A stretch of DNA of 63,621 nt, counting the filler, from Ferroacidibacillus organovorans (GTDB lineage Bacteria; Bacillota; Bacilli; Alicyclobacillales; SLC66), in assembly GCF_001642725.1 (NCBI RefSeq). It is 3 parts of 3 records of this genome, joined end to end, with 100 filler letters (N's around TTAATTAATTAA, not from the genome) between each part and the next. Parts side by side here need not be neighbours in the genome. Positions count along the whole stretch, not along the records: positions 26,193 to 52,152 come from NZ_LSUQ01000035.1; positions 52,253 to 63,621 come from NZ_LSUQ01000069.1; 1 more part is not named here. One strand, written 5' to 3'. Below are positions 42,071 through 52,357 of this stretch, in pieces. The translations under genes were made by a program, and so were the position numbers. Within the stretch, counting starts at the first letter, position 1. The number at the start of each line of letters is the position of its first letter. Under the pieces are notes generated by a model. That model was not told the origin of the DNA, did not search any database, and was given only the letters and a program-made list of their open reading frames with translations.

Positions 42071-43392
42071 AAGTTTCTATTATTGGAGCTGGTTATGTAG
42101 GTGTAATTACGGGGATTGGCTTTGCATATATGGGGCATGAAGTACTGGTAATGGATCATGACGAAAATAAGATTTGTAATTTGAAAAAGGGTCAGGTACC
42201 CTTTTTTGAAAATGGTGCAGAAGATGCAATACGAGAACAGTGTTTTGAAAATAGATTAAATTTTACTTCAAACATAAAAGAGCTTATTGACTACGCAGAA
42301 CTTATATTTATATGTGTAGGAACTCCTTCGATGCCAGATGGTAGTGCAGATCTTTCTGCGGTTGAATCTATCGCGCGATCAATTGCGGAATATGCAATGT
42401 CATACAAATGTTTGGTTGAGAAAAGTACTGTTCCTGCTGGGACATTTAAATGGATTCAAAGAACTTTGCGGCTATATAGTAAATCTAGTCTTGAATGCGA
42501 TGTTGCGAGTAATCCTGAATTTCTTAAGGAAGGTAGTGCACTAGAGGATTTTCTCAATCCAGACAGAATCGTAATTGGAACAAACACAGATAGAGCGCGT
42601 GATTTATTGCTTGAATTATATAGAAATGTTGAATGTCCAAAAATAACAAGTGATATCGAAACAGCTGAGTTAATTAAACATGCAAGTAACTCTTTTTTAG
42701 CTATGAAAATTTCATATGCAAATATGATTGCGGACTTATGTGAAAAGGTCGGCGCTGATATACGTATGGTAACGCTTGGGATGGGTCTGGATACAAGAAT
42801 CGGTAAGCAATTTCTAGGTGCGGGTTTTGGATATGGAGGTAGTTGTTTTCCAAAAGATACCCGAGCATTGGCTCATATGGCAGAGTCTGTTGGTTTAAAA
42901 TTCTCCTTACTTGAAGAGGTTACGAAGATAAATCAGTATCGAGTTGAACACATTTTTAGGAAAATCCAGACCGCGTTGTGGGCTGTGCGCGATAAAAAGA
43001 TTACAGTTTTAGGTTTAGCATTTAAACCTGGGACGGATGATGTTCGAGAATCACCCTCGCTTATTCTTATTGAAAGGTTAGTTGACCAAGGAGCTTTGAT
43101 CTCCGCATATGATCCACGGGCAATGTCCACTGCCCGCTTAGCGCTATCGCAAAAAGCAAAAGTTAATGTTGATTTTGCATCCGACGTCTATGAAGCAATG
43201 GTTGACTCACATTTACTTGTTATTGCAACTGAGTGGCCGGAGTTTTACGATATTGTTCCAGATAAAATATTTGGATTGATGAAAACTCCGATAATTGTAG
43301 ATGCCAGAAATATGTTGGTTGATATTGATTGGGAAAATCGAGGTTTTGAATATTATCCTGTAGGGATTGGGCTAAAGGGGGATTTAAAATGA
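42067..43392 (+). CDS. ugd: UDP-glucose 6-dehydrogenase
   Basis: 'GAGYVG', 'SNPEFLKEG', 'GYGGSCFPKD'. Confidence 0.94.
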   Translation: MKVSIIGAGYVGVITGIGFAYMGHEVLVMDHDENKICNLKKGQVPFFENGAEDAIREQCFENRLNFTSNIKELIDYAELIFICVGTPSMPDGSADLSAVESIARSIAEYAMSYKCLVEKSTVPAGTFKWIQRTLRLYSKSSLECDVASNPEFLKEGSALEDFLNPDRIVIGTNTDRARDLLLELYRNVECPKITSDIETAELIKHASNSFLAMKISYANMIADLCEKVGADIRMVTLGMGLDTRIGKQFLGAGFGYGGSCFPKDTRALAHMAESVGLKFSLLEEVTKINQYRVEHIFRKIQTALWAVRDKKITVLGLAFKPGTDDVRESPSLILIERLVDQGALISAYDPRAMSTARLALSQKAKVNVDFASDVYEAMVDSHLLVIATEWPEFYDIVPDKIFGLMKTPIIVDARNMLVDIDWENRGFEYYPVGIGLKGDLK

Positions 43393-44339
43393 AAGTATTA
43401 ATTACTGGGGCAGCAGGATTTCTTGGATCGCATTTATGTGACTATTTCTTGGGTTGTGGACATTCAGTGATCGGGTTAGATAATTTCGTGACTGGAAATC
43501 TAGATAATTTGGCGATGGCATCGAAAAATAGTAATTTTTCATTCAGAGAATTAGATCTAATAAACGGATTGCCAAGTTCTCTTCCGGCAGTAGATGCTGT
43601 TCTTCATTTTGCTTGTCCTGCTAGCCCGAAAGATTATTTCAAATATCCGGAGGAAACGCTGAAAGTCGATTCTATTGGAACATTTCATGTATTAGAGAAG
43701 TCATCGCGTGATAATGCAAAGTTTATTATGGCATCTACTTCTGAAGTATATGGAGATCCTGAAATACACCCACAGCCTGAAACATATTGGGGTAATGTAA
43801 ATCCTGTAGGTGTTAGGTCTGTTTATGATGAAGCGAAACGATTTTCAGAAGCTGCAACAATGGCGTTTTATCGTAATCGAAAATTAGATGTTCGCATCGC
43901 CAGGATATTTAATACTTATGGACCACGTATGCAAGTAAATGATGGTAGAGTAGTGCCAAATTTTATTTCGCAGTCTTTGAATGGTGAGAAAATAACTGTT
44001 TATGGTGATGGTCTTCAGACGAGAAGTTTTTGTTTTGTTGATGATTTAGTTCGAGGAATTTATAAATATACAACGATTGAGGATCCAAAATATCGAATTG
44101 TAAATTTAGGTAATCCTGATGAATACCAGATTTTACAATTTGCGAAAATTATAGTTAGTCTACTTGGTGATGGTTCTGAGATAAAGTTCGAACCGCTACC
44201 ATTAGATGATCCTAAACAACGTAAACCGGATATATCTTTAGCGAAAGAGATGTTGGAATGGGAACCAAACATTTCTCTTTCTGAGGGGTTATTGCGTACT
44301 ATTGATTATTTTCGAAAACAAATTAAGAACACGCTTTGA
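43389..44339 (+). CDS. uxs: UDP-glucuronate decarboxylase (UDP-xylose synthase)
   Basis: 'HFACPASP', 'STSEVYGDP', 'YWGNVNP.G.RS.YDEAKR', 'DGRVV.NF'. Confidence 0.88.
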   Translation: MKVLITGAAGFLGSHLCDYFLGCGHSVIGLDNFVTGNLDNLAMASKNSNFSFRELDLINGLPSSLPAVDAVLHFACPASPKDYFKYPEETLKVDSIGTFHVLEKSSRDNAKFIMASTSEVYGDPEIHPQPETYWGNVNPVGVRSVYDEAKRFSEAATMAFYRNRKLDVRIARIFNTYGPRMQVNDGRVVPNFISQSLNGEKITVYGDGLQTRSFCFVDDLVRGIYKYTTIEDPKYRIVNLGNPDEYQILQFAKIIVSLLGDGSEIKFEPLPLDDPKQRKPDISLAKEMLEWEPNISLSEGLLRTIDYFRKQIKNTL

Positions 44340-44424
44340 GAATGATTTTAAATTCATGGATTGTTACACGCATATGTTGTGGGAAGAATTTTTGCTAAAA
44401 AATTATTGTGAAATGAGGTGAAAT

Positions 44425-44853
44425 ATGAATAATGTGTTTGAGTTGTTAGACTCATTAAAAAAACATGTTAAATTTAAAATTATAATTTTTATTAGATTTT
44501 GTATTATAGGAATCATTACTGCAGGGATACAATTAATAACCTATTCAGTGCTTCTATTGATACATTTGAATTACCAGCTTGCGTCTTTTTTTGGATTATT
44601 TATCGCAACAACACTTGCCTATTTCGGAAATCGGATGTGGACTTTTCAGAGTAAGAATCAATTGTTTCGTGAGTTGATTCAATTTTATTTGTCTCGATTG
44701 ATAACAGTCCCGATTAATGCATTGATTCTTTTTTTTGTTATTAGTATTTTACGTATGAATACAGTGATGGCTCAAATTTTTTCTATTGGGATAATTACTT
44801 TATTGAATTTTTATATTGGAAAGACATTCATCTTTAGGAAGGCTATTGTTTGA
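44425..44853 (+). CDS. GtrA-family flippase
   Basis: Four TM helices, 'RFCIIG', 'NRMWTF', 'NFYIGKTFIF'. Confidence 0.85.
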   Translation: MNNVFELLDSLKKHVKFKIIIFIRFCIIGIITAGIQLITYSVLLLIHLNYQLASFFGLFIATTLAYFGNRMWTFQSKNQLFRELIQFYLSRLITVPINALILFFVISILRMNTVMAQIFSIGIITLLNFYIGKTFIFRKAIV

Positions 44854-44889
44854 AGGGTGTTATAAAATAATAATAATAATAAATTTAAA

Positions 44890-46950
44890 ATGAGGAGTGA
44901 TCGCTTGGGTTACGTACGAAATAAAACTTTTGTTCATATTGGCATCATCTTAGTATATTGCATAGTATCATTTTCTATTTTTTCAAGTGTTTTATTGAAT
45001 TTTAGTCAAAGTTATTTAGGTGGCGGAGCCGATCCTTTGCTTTTTATGTGGTTCATGAGATGGATTCCATTTGCAATTGATCGTGGATTAAATCCGTTTT
45101 GGACCAATTACATTTTATTCCCAAGTGGAGTAAATTTGATGTGGAATACATCTGTACCGCTAGCATCTATTGTACTTTGGCCAATCACTCACTTTTTAGG
45201 TATTTTAGCCAGCTATAATACTTTAGTCATAATAAGTTTGCCTTTATCAGCAATATCGATGTATTTCGTTTTGCGAATGTTTTCATTTGGCATAGTAGCT
45301 TCATTTGCGGGTGGTTTATTATTCGGGTTTAACCCGTATATGATTGCACAATCTCTTGGGCATACCCAACTTACATCCCCCGCATTTCTAATTCCGAATT
45401 TGTTTTGGATTCTATGGGATTTATTCGGAGGACAACGACGTTCGTCTAAATTTAATGGATTGTTATTAGGTGCGGTTGTGGTTATGATGTTACTTCTCGG
45501 AGAAGAGGTTATGACTACTGCAGCGTTGATATCAATGTTTGGTATAATTATCACCTTTATTATGAATAAAGGGATTCATGCTGTTAAAGTTGGATATATT
45601 GTACGCTCTCTTTTGTATTCATTTGGTATGATTGTTATTTTTAGTGGAGTACCACTTTTTACACAATTTTTTGGGCCGTCAATTCCCCATGGACAACTGC
45701 AACCTCCTAATGTATATGTGACTGACCTCTATAATTTTATTACACCGGGGCCATTGCAACAATTAAGCAACAGTGGTACGAATGCAATCTCGAATCGTTT
45801 TACTGGTAATGAATCTGAATGGAACTCTTATGTTAGTTTGCCTCTTATATTAATATTTTTATCATCTATTTTTTGTCTTAAGAAAAGTATTTTACTGAAA
45901 TTTAGTTTTTGGATGACATTTATCGTTGCTGTTCTATCCATGGGACCATTTCTACATATTGATGGTACAATTACAAATATTCCACTTCCATGGATATTGT
46001 TCGGAGCCCTTCCATTATTAAATGATATCCTCCCTGACAGATTAAGTATATATATGTTTTTTTTCATAGCAATAATATTTGCGGGATTTATTAAACAGAT
46101 AGGTAATTTTACAAAAGTTAGTCAAGTTTTGTCTATAACTTCAATTCTTTCAACGTTTATTTTTTTGATGCCATTGATTAATTTTCCTGTAACTACAGTT
46201 TTATTGCCACCTTTCTTTACAAATGAAATAAAGAGGATCATTCCTCATAACTCGACTGTGATGGTTTTGCCATTTTCGACAGGCGCACATGCTTCAGCTA
46301 TGTACTGGCAACAAGCAAGTGGTTTTTGGTTTAAAATGCCAGAGGGATATGCTATTAGTCCGAATGGATTTGGACCATCAGATAATGCATTATTAGATGT
46401 TTTAAATTCAAATAGCAATTCAAATACTGCTTTAAAAATTACGCCGAATATTAGAGAAGAATCATTAGGTTACTTAGATCGCTTTGGAATAAAATATATA
46501 GTTTTAGCGCGACATTTATCCAATAGTCAGTACCAGGAAAAGGTAATCTCTAGTATTCTAAATGCAAATCCTATTCAGACTTCAGGCGTTGATCTTTGGA
46601 TAATTTCTGCTAAAAAAAATATTGGTTACTATATTGGTGGGCAATATTGGGCTAGTGAATCTGAGTATAACTGGATGGGGAAAAACGCTACAATTCAAGC
46701 GTTTGGTAAAGCAGTAACAGTTAGAATTGCTGGTTTTTGGAGACCGCTTAATATACCTGTGAAAGTTGTTATAAAAGAGGATAATAATATAATGAGAGTA
46801 TTTCAGATCTCCACTTCTACTAATGTAAGCTTTACGGTTGCATCAGGTAAAATTGTCACAATAAGCGCTGATAGTACCTTTATTCCTAATAATTATATTC
46901 ATAATGGAGATGATAGGAAATTATCTGTTCTTTTGTCTGTATCTCACTGA
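44890..46950 (+). CDS. Polytopic GT-C-like glycosyltransferase
   Basis: More than 10 TM, 'DPLLFMW..W', 'FP.GVNL', 'FGFNPY' and an extracellular C-terminal domain. Confidence 0.65.
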   Translation: MRSDRLGYVRNKTFVHIGIILVYCIVSFSIFSSVLLNFSQSYLGGGADPLLFMWFMRWIPFAIDRGLNPFWTNYILFPSGVNLMWNTSVPLASIVLWPITHFLGILASYNTLVIISLPLSAISMYFVLRMFSFGIVASFAGGLLFGFNPYMIAQSLGHTQLTSPAFLIPNLFWILWDLFGGQRRSSKFNGLLLGAVVVMMLLLGEEVMTTAALISMFGIIITFIMNKGIHAVKVGYIVRSLLYSFGMIVIFSGVPLFTQFFGPSIPHGQLQPPNVYVTDLYNFITPGPLQQLSNSGTNAISNRFTGNESEWNSYVSLPLILIFLSSIFCLKKSILLKFSFWMTFIVAVLSMGPFLHIDGTITNIPLPWILFGALPLLNDILPDRLSIYMFFFIAIIFAGFIKQIGNFTKVSQVLSITSILSTFIFLMPLINFPVTTVLLPPFFTNEIKRIIPHNSTVMVLPFSTGAHASAMYWQQASGFWFKMPEGYAISPNGFGPSDNALLDVLNSNSNSNTALKITPNIREESLGYLDRFGIKYIVLARHLSNSQYQEKVISSILNANPIQTSGVDLWIISAKKNIGYYIGGQYWASESEYNWMGKNATIQAFGKAVTVRIAGFWRPLNIPVKVVIKEDNNIMRVFQISTSTNVSFTVASGKIVTISADSTFIPNNYIHNGDDRKLSVLLSVSH

Positions 46951-47055
46951 ATGTGTGCTGTATAAATTGAACTGGAGCATTTTCACTAACGAAGTAGAAT
47001 TCATGAGATAACCACCGAATGAATAATGTATCCAATTGAGTGGTGGTGATGTGAA

Positions 47056-47250
47056 ATGGACGTAGAGTCAATTATAAAAGCAATCGAAGTGTACATTCGG
47101 TGCAAGAAAGACTGTAGATAGTACGAACGCCTACAGGCTATTCAGCTTTGTCTACTTTGGCTTCCCGTCAAGCAAATTGCACAGATGGTATGTCGTTTAC
47201 AGAACTATTCGTGCCTACAAAGACAATGGTTTCAAGGGACAGGAAATTAA
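47056..47250 (+). pseudogene. IS630-family transposase N-terminal remnant
   Basis: Hand translation MDVESIIKAIE...R*YERLQAIQLCLLGFPVKQIAQMVCR / ...RAYKDNGFKG, with a stop and a frameshift. Confidence 0.55.
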
Positions 47251-47388
47251 GCTTGACCTGGGAAGTCGTGAGAATAGTGTAGCCGCTCACGCTGTTTGAC
47301 GGTGATTTGTTCACCGCCATTGGCGGAGCGGCCGTAACGTCAATCTGCCATGGAACTGGATGTTCAACCGTCAATCACTTAGCTTCAG

Positions 47389-48210
47389 CTAGCTAGCTGT
47401 CCCTCGTTGCCACTCCTGGTCTGTGAGCACTCTCTGAGCGTGCCCCTCCTCAATCGCTTCACTGTCTCGAGCCGCCGCATCATACAACGCCTGTGTACAC
47501 AGTTGGTTTACCACACGCGGGATACCACGGCTGGCCGTGTAAATCATTTGGATGGCACCATCAGTGAAAACGGGCATGTTGGTCCCAGTCTGCTTCATTT
47601 GGTGTCGAATGTACTGAGCGGTTTCCTCCCGCGTCATGCCTGCTAAGTGGTAGGCCATGTCAATCCGCTGAGAAATGGCTTCATATTTCTTCAAACGCAG
47701 GTTTCTCCGAATCTCCGGTTGTCCAACTAGAATCAGCGGAAATGGAGAGGTTGAGTCCATGTGCTGGTTGCGGACGAATCGAAGCTCCTGAATCATTTCC
47801 TCAGCCATGTCCTGCGCTTCATCAATCACGACAACCCACCGTCGCCCAGACGGTTCGCCTTGGCTTTGGATGCGTTCACTCCACAACTTCCTTGCCTTGC
47901 TTAATCCAAACGGCATCGCCTCGCCCAGATGGCTCAGTAATTCACCATAGAAATCTTTGGGCTTCAGTCCCAACTGGCACAGATAAATAGGCAAGTATCT
48001 CATTTCATCCAGTCCAGTCATGAGCCTGCGAATGAGCGTCGTTTTGCCACTGCCTACCTCACCGGTCAGCAGCCCAAAGGCCTGGTTTTCCACAACGTAC
48101 ATGAGACGAGCGATCGCTTCTCGGTGTGCTGCAGAATCATAGAGTGCTTCGCCCGTGGCGTCCCGTCTGAATGGGACGGACTGCCAATTCCACCGCTCCA
48201 TTGGTGTCAT
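47389..48210 (-). CDS. ExeA/TniB-like AAA+ ATPase (transposon helper)
   Basis: GEVGSGKT, 'VIDEAQ', 'LILVGQPE', 'GIPRVVN'. Confidence 0.9.
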   Translation of the reverse strand: MTPMERWNWQSVPFRRDATGEALYDSAAHREAIARLMYVVENQAFGLLTGEVGSGKTTLIRRLMTGLDEMRYLPIYLCQLGLKPKDFYGELLSHLGEAMPFGLSKARKLWSERIQSQGEPSGRRWVVVIDEAQDMAEEMIQELRFVRNQHMDSTSPFPLILVGQPEIRRNLRLKKYEAISQRIDMAYHLAGMTREETAQYIRHQMKQTGTNMPVFTDGAIQMIYTASRGIPRVVNQLCTQALYDAAARDSEAIEEGHAQRVLTDQEWQRGTAS

Positions 48211-49566
48211 TGTACGTCACCACTTTCGGCAAAACGGAGCCCTTCAGCATTGGCCCTCTGTTTCTGCTTAAGCGCTTCAAACATTGAGATTCCCGGTGCC
48301 GGTGGTGCACTAGCCTCTACCTCTTGTTGCACCCGGCGGTCATAGCGACGGGTGAGATCGATGGGCGCGGCATCCGCATACCGGTGCTCGCCGTACCAGA
48401 CTTGTATTGTGGTGAGGTCAAATGGATCATAGCGCAATTGTACCTTCTTGTTGGCAAGTTCGTCGTCGACCTGGAACAGATTCCCCTGGAGTGAGACGCA
48501 CCCGGCCTTATCCGCCTTTCGCTCCTCTTGCCAGTAGAAGATCTCCGTCAACTCCTGTTCGGATATTCTCCGTGCCCTGCGTGTGGTTTGTGCGGCCCGT
48601 TGCTTAGGAGCCATTCCAGTGCTGCCATGCTTGCGTTCGTGGTAATAGACGTTAACCCAGGTTTGGAATGCGTCGTTGAGGTCGTCCAAGGTTTCTATAT
48701 AGCCTGAATCAATCGCTTGGTACGCTTCAGGAACAAAACTGGTGTCAATAAAACGAAATAGCCTCTCAATTTTCCCACGTCCAGCCGGTCGACGAACGGT
48801 ACTGTGGGACAGATGAATCCCCACACGACCACAAATACGTTTCAGGTGGTCGGATGCAAAAACGGCACCATTGTCCACGTACAGCTGTTCTGGAACACCA
48901 TGCCGTAGAATGGCCTTCTTGAGACTGTCCTCCATCCGGGGCATCTTCTCATCCCAGTAGAACTGTCCATGGACAATCAGGCGACTGTGATCATCAAGAA
49001 CGGCGAAGAGAATCGCCTTCTTCCGTTTACCAGGGTTGTCTGGGTCGGGTAAGTATAGCGTGTGCTGAAAATCCGCTTGCCACAACACGTGCACGTCCTC
49101 GGCCTCAAATCGGCGAAATGTGCCTTTGTTCTGGGGTGTAATCAATAACTCCCGACGACTGAGTCCAGCCTGACGAAGATGCCTGGCCAGCGTGCTCACC
49201 GCCACAGTTCCGTGTGCAGCCGCACCTTCCGCTTCGAGCAGCAGGATGATCTGCTCAACGCTACGTTCTGGGCGCTCAGCCCGAAGTTGTGCAGCCCTGT
49301 TCAAAACGGTTTCAGGCAAGCGCATATTCCCCTTGTCATTACGCTCTTTGGGCATTAATGCCTCGTATCCCCCCTTTCTGTACAGCGCAAGATAACGCTC
49401 CAGACTTCGTACACTTACACGCCTGCTTGTGCTGCCTGGAATATCGTACTCCCGTGAGCTCACCTCACGCAGAAATACCCCAAGTTCCCCAGGTGTCAGC
49501 GGCGTCTGCCGACTCACCACGGGAGCGATGAGGCTGTACCGAAAGCTGGCAATTTGTTCTCTTGAC
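48207..49566 (-). pseudogene. DDE (rve/Mu-like) transposase whose extreme N-terminus is cut by IS21
   Basis: 'WQAD', 'DDHSR', 'YVDNG', 'GKIER' and a Mu-type C-terminal domain. The frame stays open upstream of 49520 (SREQIASFRYSLIAP) up to the IS21 IR at 49567. Confidence 0.8.
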
Positions 49567-49688
49567 TGAGTATTTCGGTGCGGCAGAGCCGCTGAGTTAA
49601 TGAAAGAGAGCCACGATGTTACAGAGCGAGAGCCACCTCGTTAATGGAGGGAGCCATCCCCATGCGGAGATGGCCCTTTTTGATTAGG

Positions 49689-50432
49689 TTATTGGATTGA
49701 ACTCTTCCGTTTGCGCATTGAGTCCTCTCCGTCAATCAGGATCTGATACGAGTTGTGCACGATTCGGTCCAGTATTGCGTCAGCCATCGTGTGTTCGCTT
49801 ATCTTCTCATGCCAGCCCTCGGGGGAGAACTGGGAGATGAAGATAGTAGATGCGTGTTGGTGCCGGGCTTCGATGATTTCAAGTAAGTCACGTGATTCTG
49901 TAATCGTCAAAGGCACAAGCAACCACTCGTCGATGACCAATAGACTGACCTTCTTGTATTGAGCGATAGCCTTTTTGAATGTGCCCTCTCCTCGGGCTAC
50001 TGCTAGATCGGTCAATAATTCGGGCAGTCGGATGTACTTGGTGGTGAAGAGTTGGCGACACGCGGCGTTGCCTAGCGCACAACCAACAAAGGTTTTCCCC
50101 GCACCTGATGCTCCCATAAGAATGACGTTGTGTTTCTCGTGTATAAAGTTTGCGGTTGATAGTCGTAGGATCTGGGTTTGGTCCAGTTGCCTGTCAGCAT
50201 GATACTCAATGTCTTCAACACAGGCGTTGGGGTAACGTAACGTGGCTTTCTTGATTAAGCTGTCCAACTGATTGTTCTTACGCCGTGTCCACTCTGCATC
50301 GATGATCAGTCCGAGGCGCTCTTCAAAGGACAATGAAGCATAAGACGGGGTCTGCATTTGCTCCCGTAAGGAGTCAGCCATCGCACGCAAACGCATATCG
50401 TTGAGTTTGTTGATGGTCGTTTGGTTTAACAT
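49689..50432 (-). CDS. istB: IS21 helper ATPase
   Basis: GASGAGKT, 'LLVIDEW', 'ADAILDRIVH'. Confidence 0.95.
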   Translation of the reverse strand: MLNQTTINKLNDMRLRAMADSLREQMQTPSYASLSFEERLGLIIDAEWTRRKNNQLDSLIKKATLRYPNACVEDIEYHADRQLDQTQILRLSTANFIHEKHNVILMGASGAGKTFVGCALGNAACRQLFTTKYIRLPELLTDLAVARGEGTFKKAIAQYKKVSLLVIDEWLLVPLTITESRDLLEIIEARHQHASTIFISQFSPEGWHEKISEHTMADAILDRIVHNSYQILIDGEDSMRKRKSSIQ

Positions 50433-50434
50433 CG

Positions 50435-51985
50435 TTATTTCCTCCCGTAGTATGCCGCACCACGGGTGAATCCGTGGTGCTGGCCAGAGTTATTCGTAGA
50501 TTGAGTTTCTTTAGGCAACGGCTCGGCATGTATCGTATCCTGACCTGATTTCAGAATCGTGCTGATATGTTTATAGCTCGGATTGGGCGTATAACTCAGC
50601 GCTTTTTCACAGGCAGCTTCCAACCGAATCAGTGAATAGCGATCCGCCAGTTTTAACACACCCATGCATGCCTTATACCCTTGCTGTTCGACCCGATAAC
50701 CGGCGAGAATCGCTTGCACGGCTACCGTTGTGTAAGGGCCAACTTGCTTCGCCCATGATATGAACCGTTCCGTATTCCACTCCACGTACTGCTTGTGCTT
50801 GTCCGGCATGTGGTCGGACATAGTGTGATATTGACCGGAACGACCGTAGAGTCTGGGATGAGAACAAATTCGATGGTGGTTGTAAAACACTTCGATGGTG
50901 CCCTTAGTGACACGTACATCTACTTTGTGTTTGATGTATTCGTAGGGGACGCTGTAGTGCATCTTATCCACAGCGATGTGATAATTGAACTGTACAGTGG
51001 CGACTTTCCAGAGGGCGCATTCGTACATGGAAGCTGGCAGCGGCAACAGCGTATGTTTCTCCTCGTCAAGAAACGTGCTGAGTCTGCTGCCAGGCTTTTT
51101 TTGAAACGATCGACGATTAAATGCATCTAATTTCTCAGCAACTGCAGCGTTCAGTTCAGTGAGCGAGAAGAACGTCTGATTACGAAGGGCAGCTAGGATC
51201 CAAGTGGATATGTTACCTACCGTGCCTTCCACACCGGGCTTGTCCCTTGGTTTCCGGACCCGTGCAGGAACCACAGCTATCCCGTAATGTTCCGCCATTT
51301 CGTGGTACGTTTTGTTGATGACGGGTGTATACCAAGAGGATTGATCTACGCCGGTTTTGAGGTTGTCGGGCACCAGGATTTTGGTGACACCCCCAAAGTG
51401 GGCGAAGGCATTATTGTGCGCCGCGATCCAGCTTTCCTGATTCTGAGACAGGAACCCCTCCACATAAGCGTATTGACTACAAGAAAGAGCAGAGACAAAG
51501 ATGTATACAGGTATTGATTCGCCCGTTTCACTGTCCACGAGCGTGGCCGTTTGCCCGGCCCAGTCAACTTCCATTTGTTCACCAGGTTTGCGCTGGATAT
51601 GCATAGTGGCTTTCGTTGTTGCGGCGAACTTGCGGTAGTAGTTGCAGTACTGGGTGTACTTCAAGGGGATTTCCTGACTCAGCCTACATGACTCGCAGTA
51701 TTCACTCCACAGCAAGCTGAGTGTGACGCCACTTCTGGCCAACTCCCGATGAATATGTTCGCAATCTGGAATTTTGCGCGTGGTGGTTTGTGCTCTTTCG
51801 GGGAACAGCAGGTACTGAAGGTCCGCTTCCGTTACGTCGTCCGCAAGCGGCCATGCCAATTCCAGCATGGTCGCACGGTTTAGCACCTCGGATACGGTGT
51901 TTCGCGAGCATTGACAACTAGACGCAATGCTACGCTGGCTCAATCCCATTTCCTTGAGCCGTAAAATCTCTCGATACTTGGCCAT
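50435..51985 (-). CDS. istA: IS21 transposase
   Basis: HTH, 'PGEQMEVDWAG', 'VPDNLKTGV', 'PRDKPGVE'. Confidence 0.95.
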   Translation of the reverse strand: MAKYREILRLKEMGLSQRSIASSCQCSRNTVSEVLNRATMLELAWPLADDVTEADLQYLLFPERAQTTTRKIPDCEHIHRELARSGVTLSLLWSEYCESCRLSQEIPLKYTQYCNYYRKFAATTKATMHIQRKPGEQMEVDWAGQTATLVDSETGESIPVYIFVSALSCSQYAYVEGFLSQNQESWIAAHNNAFAHFGGVTKILVPDNLKTGVDQSSWYTPVINKTYHEMAEHYGIAVVPARVRKPRDKPGVEGTVGNISTWILAALRNQTFFSLTELNAAVAEKLDAFNRRSFQKKPGSRLSTFLDEEKHTLLPLPASMYECALWKVATVQFNYHIAVDKMHYSVPYEYIKHKVDVRVTKGTIEVFYNHHRICSHPRLYGRSGQYHTMSDHMPDKHKQYVEWNTERFISWAKQVGPYTTVAVQAILAGYRVEQQGYKACMGVLKLADRYSLIRLEAACEKALSYTPNPSYKHISTILKSGQDTIHAEPLPKETQSTNNSGQHHGFTRGAAYYGRK

Positions 51986-52152
51986 TCGGATGACCCCCCA
52001 CTATTTATTTGTGTGCTGCATATGCAGCACACATCCATCCATTTTAGTGGATAGCAGTGGTTGGCTCACCGAGTAACAGAGTGGCTCTATTCGATTAACG
52101 AGGTGGCTCTAAACTATTAACCTAGTGGTCCTACGGCACTGAAATATTCACC

Positions 52153-52252
52153 NNNNNNNNNNNNNNNNNNNNNNNNNNNNNNNNNNNNNNNNNNNNTTAA
52201 TTAATTAANNNNNNNNNNNNNNNNNNNNNNNNNNNNNNNNNNNNNNNNNNNN
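52153..52252. other. Assembly spacer (contig junction)
   Basis: N-run/TTAATTAATTAA/N-run. Confidence 0.98.
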
Positions 52253-52262
52253 AATATACGGT

Positions 52263-52316
52263 AATGGAGTAATATATGGACCTGTCACTGATGCCAAGTC
52301 CATAGATTACTCCATT
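52263..52316. repeat. 19-bp inverted repeat (18/19 match) with 16-nt spacer
   Basis: AATGGAGTAATATATGGAC-N16-GTCCATAGATTACTCCATT. Confidence 0.8.
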
Positions 52317-52357
52317 GGAGGGAAATGGAGAGATAGGATCATGATTTTTACTTTTCA

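Larger units (their letters stand above)
49567..52150 (-). mobile_element. IS21-family element (complete)
   Basis: Terminal IRs TGAGTATTTCGGTGCGGCAG / TGAATATTTCAGTGCCGTAG, multiple internal GAGCCAC-type repeats at both ends, istA-istB. Confidence 0.92.
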
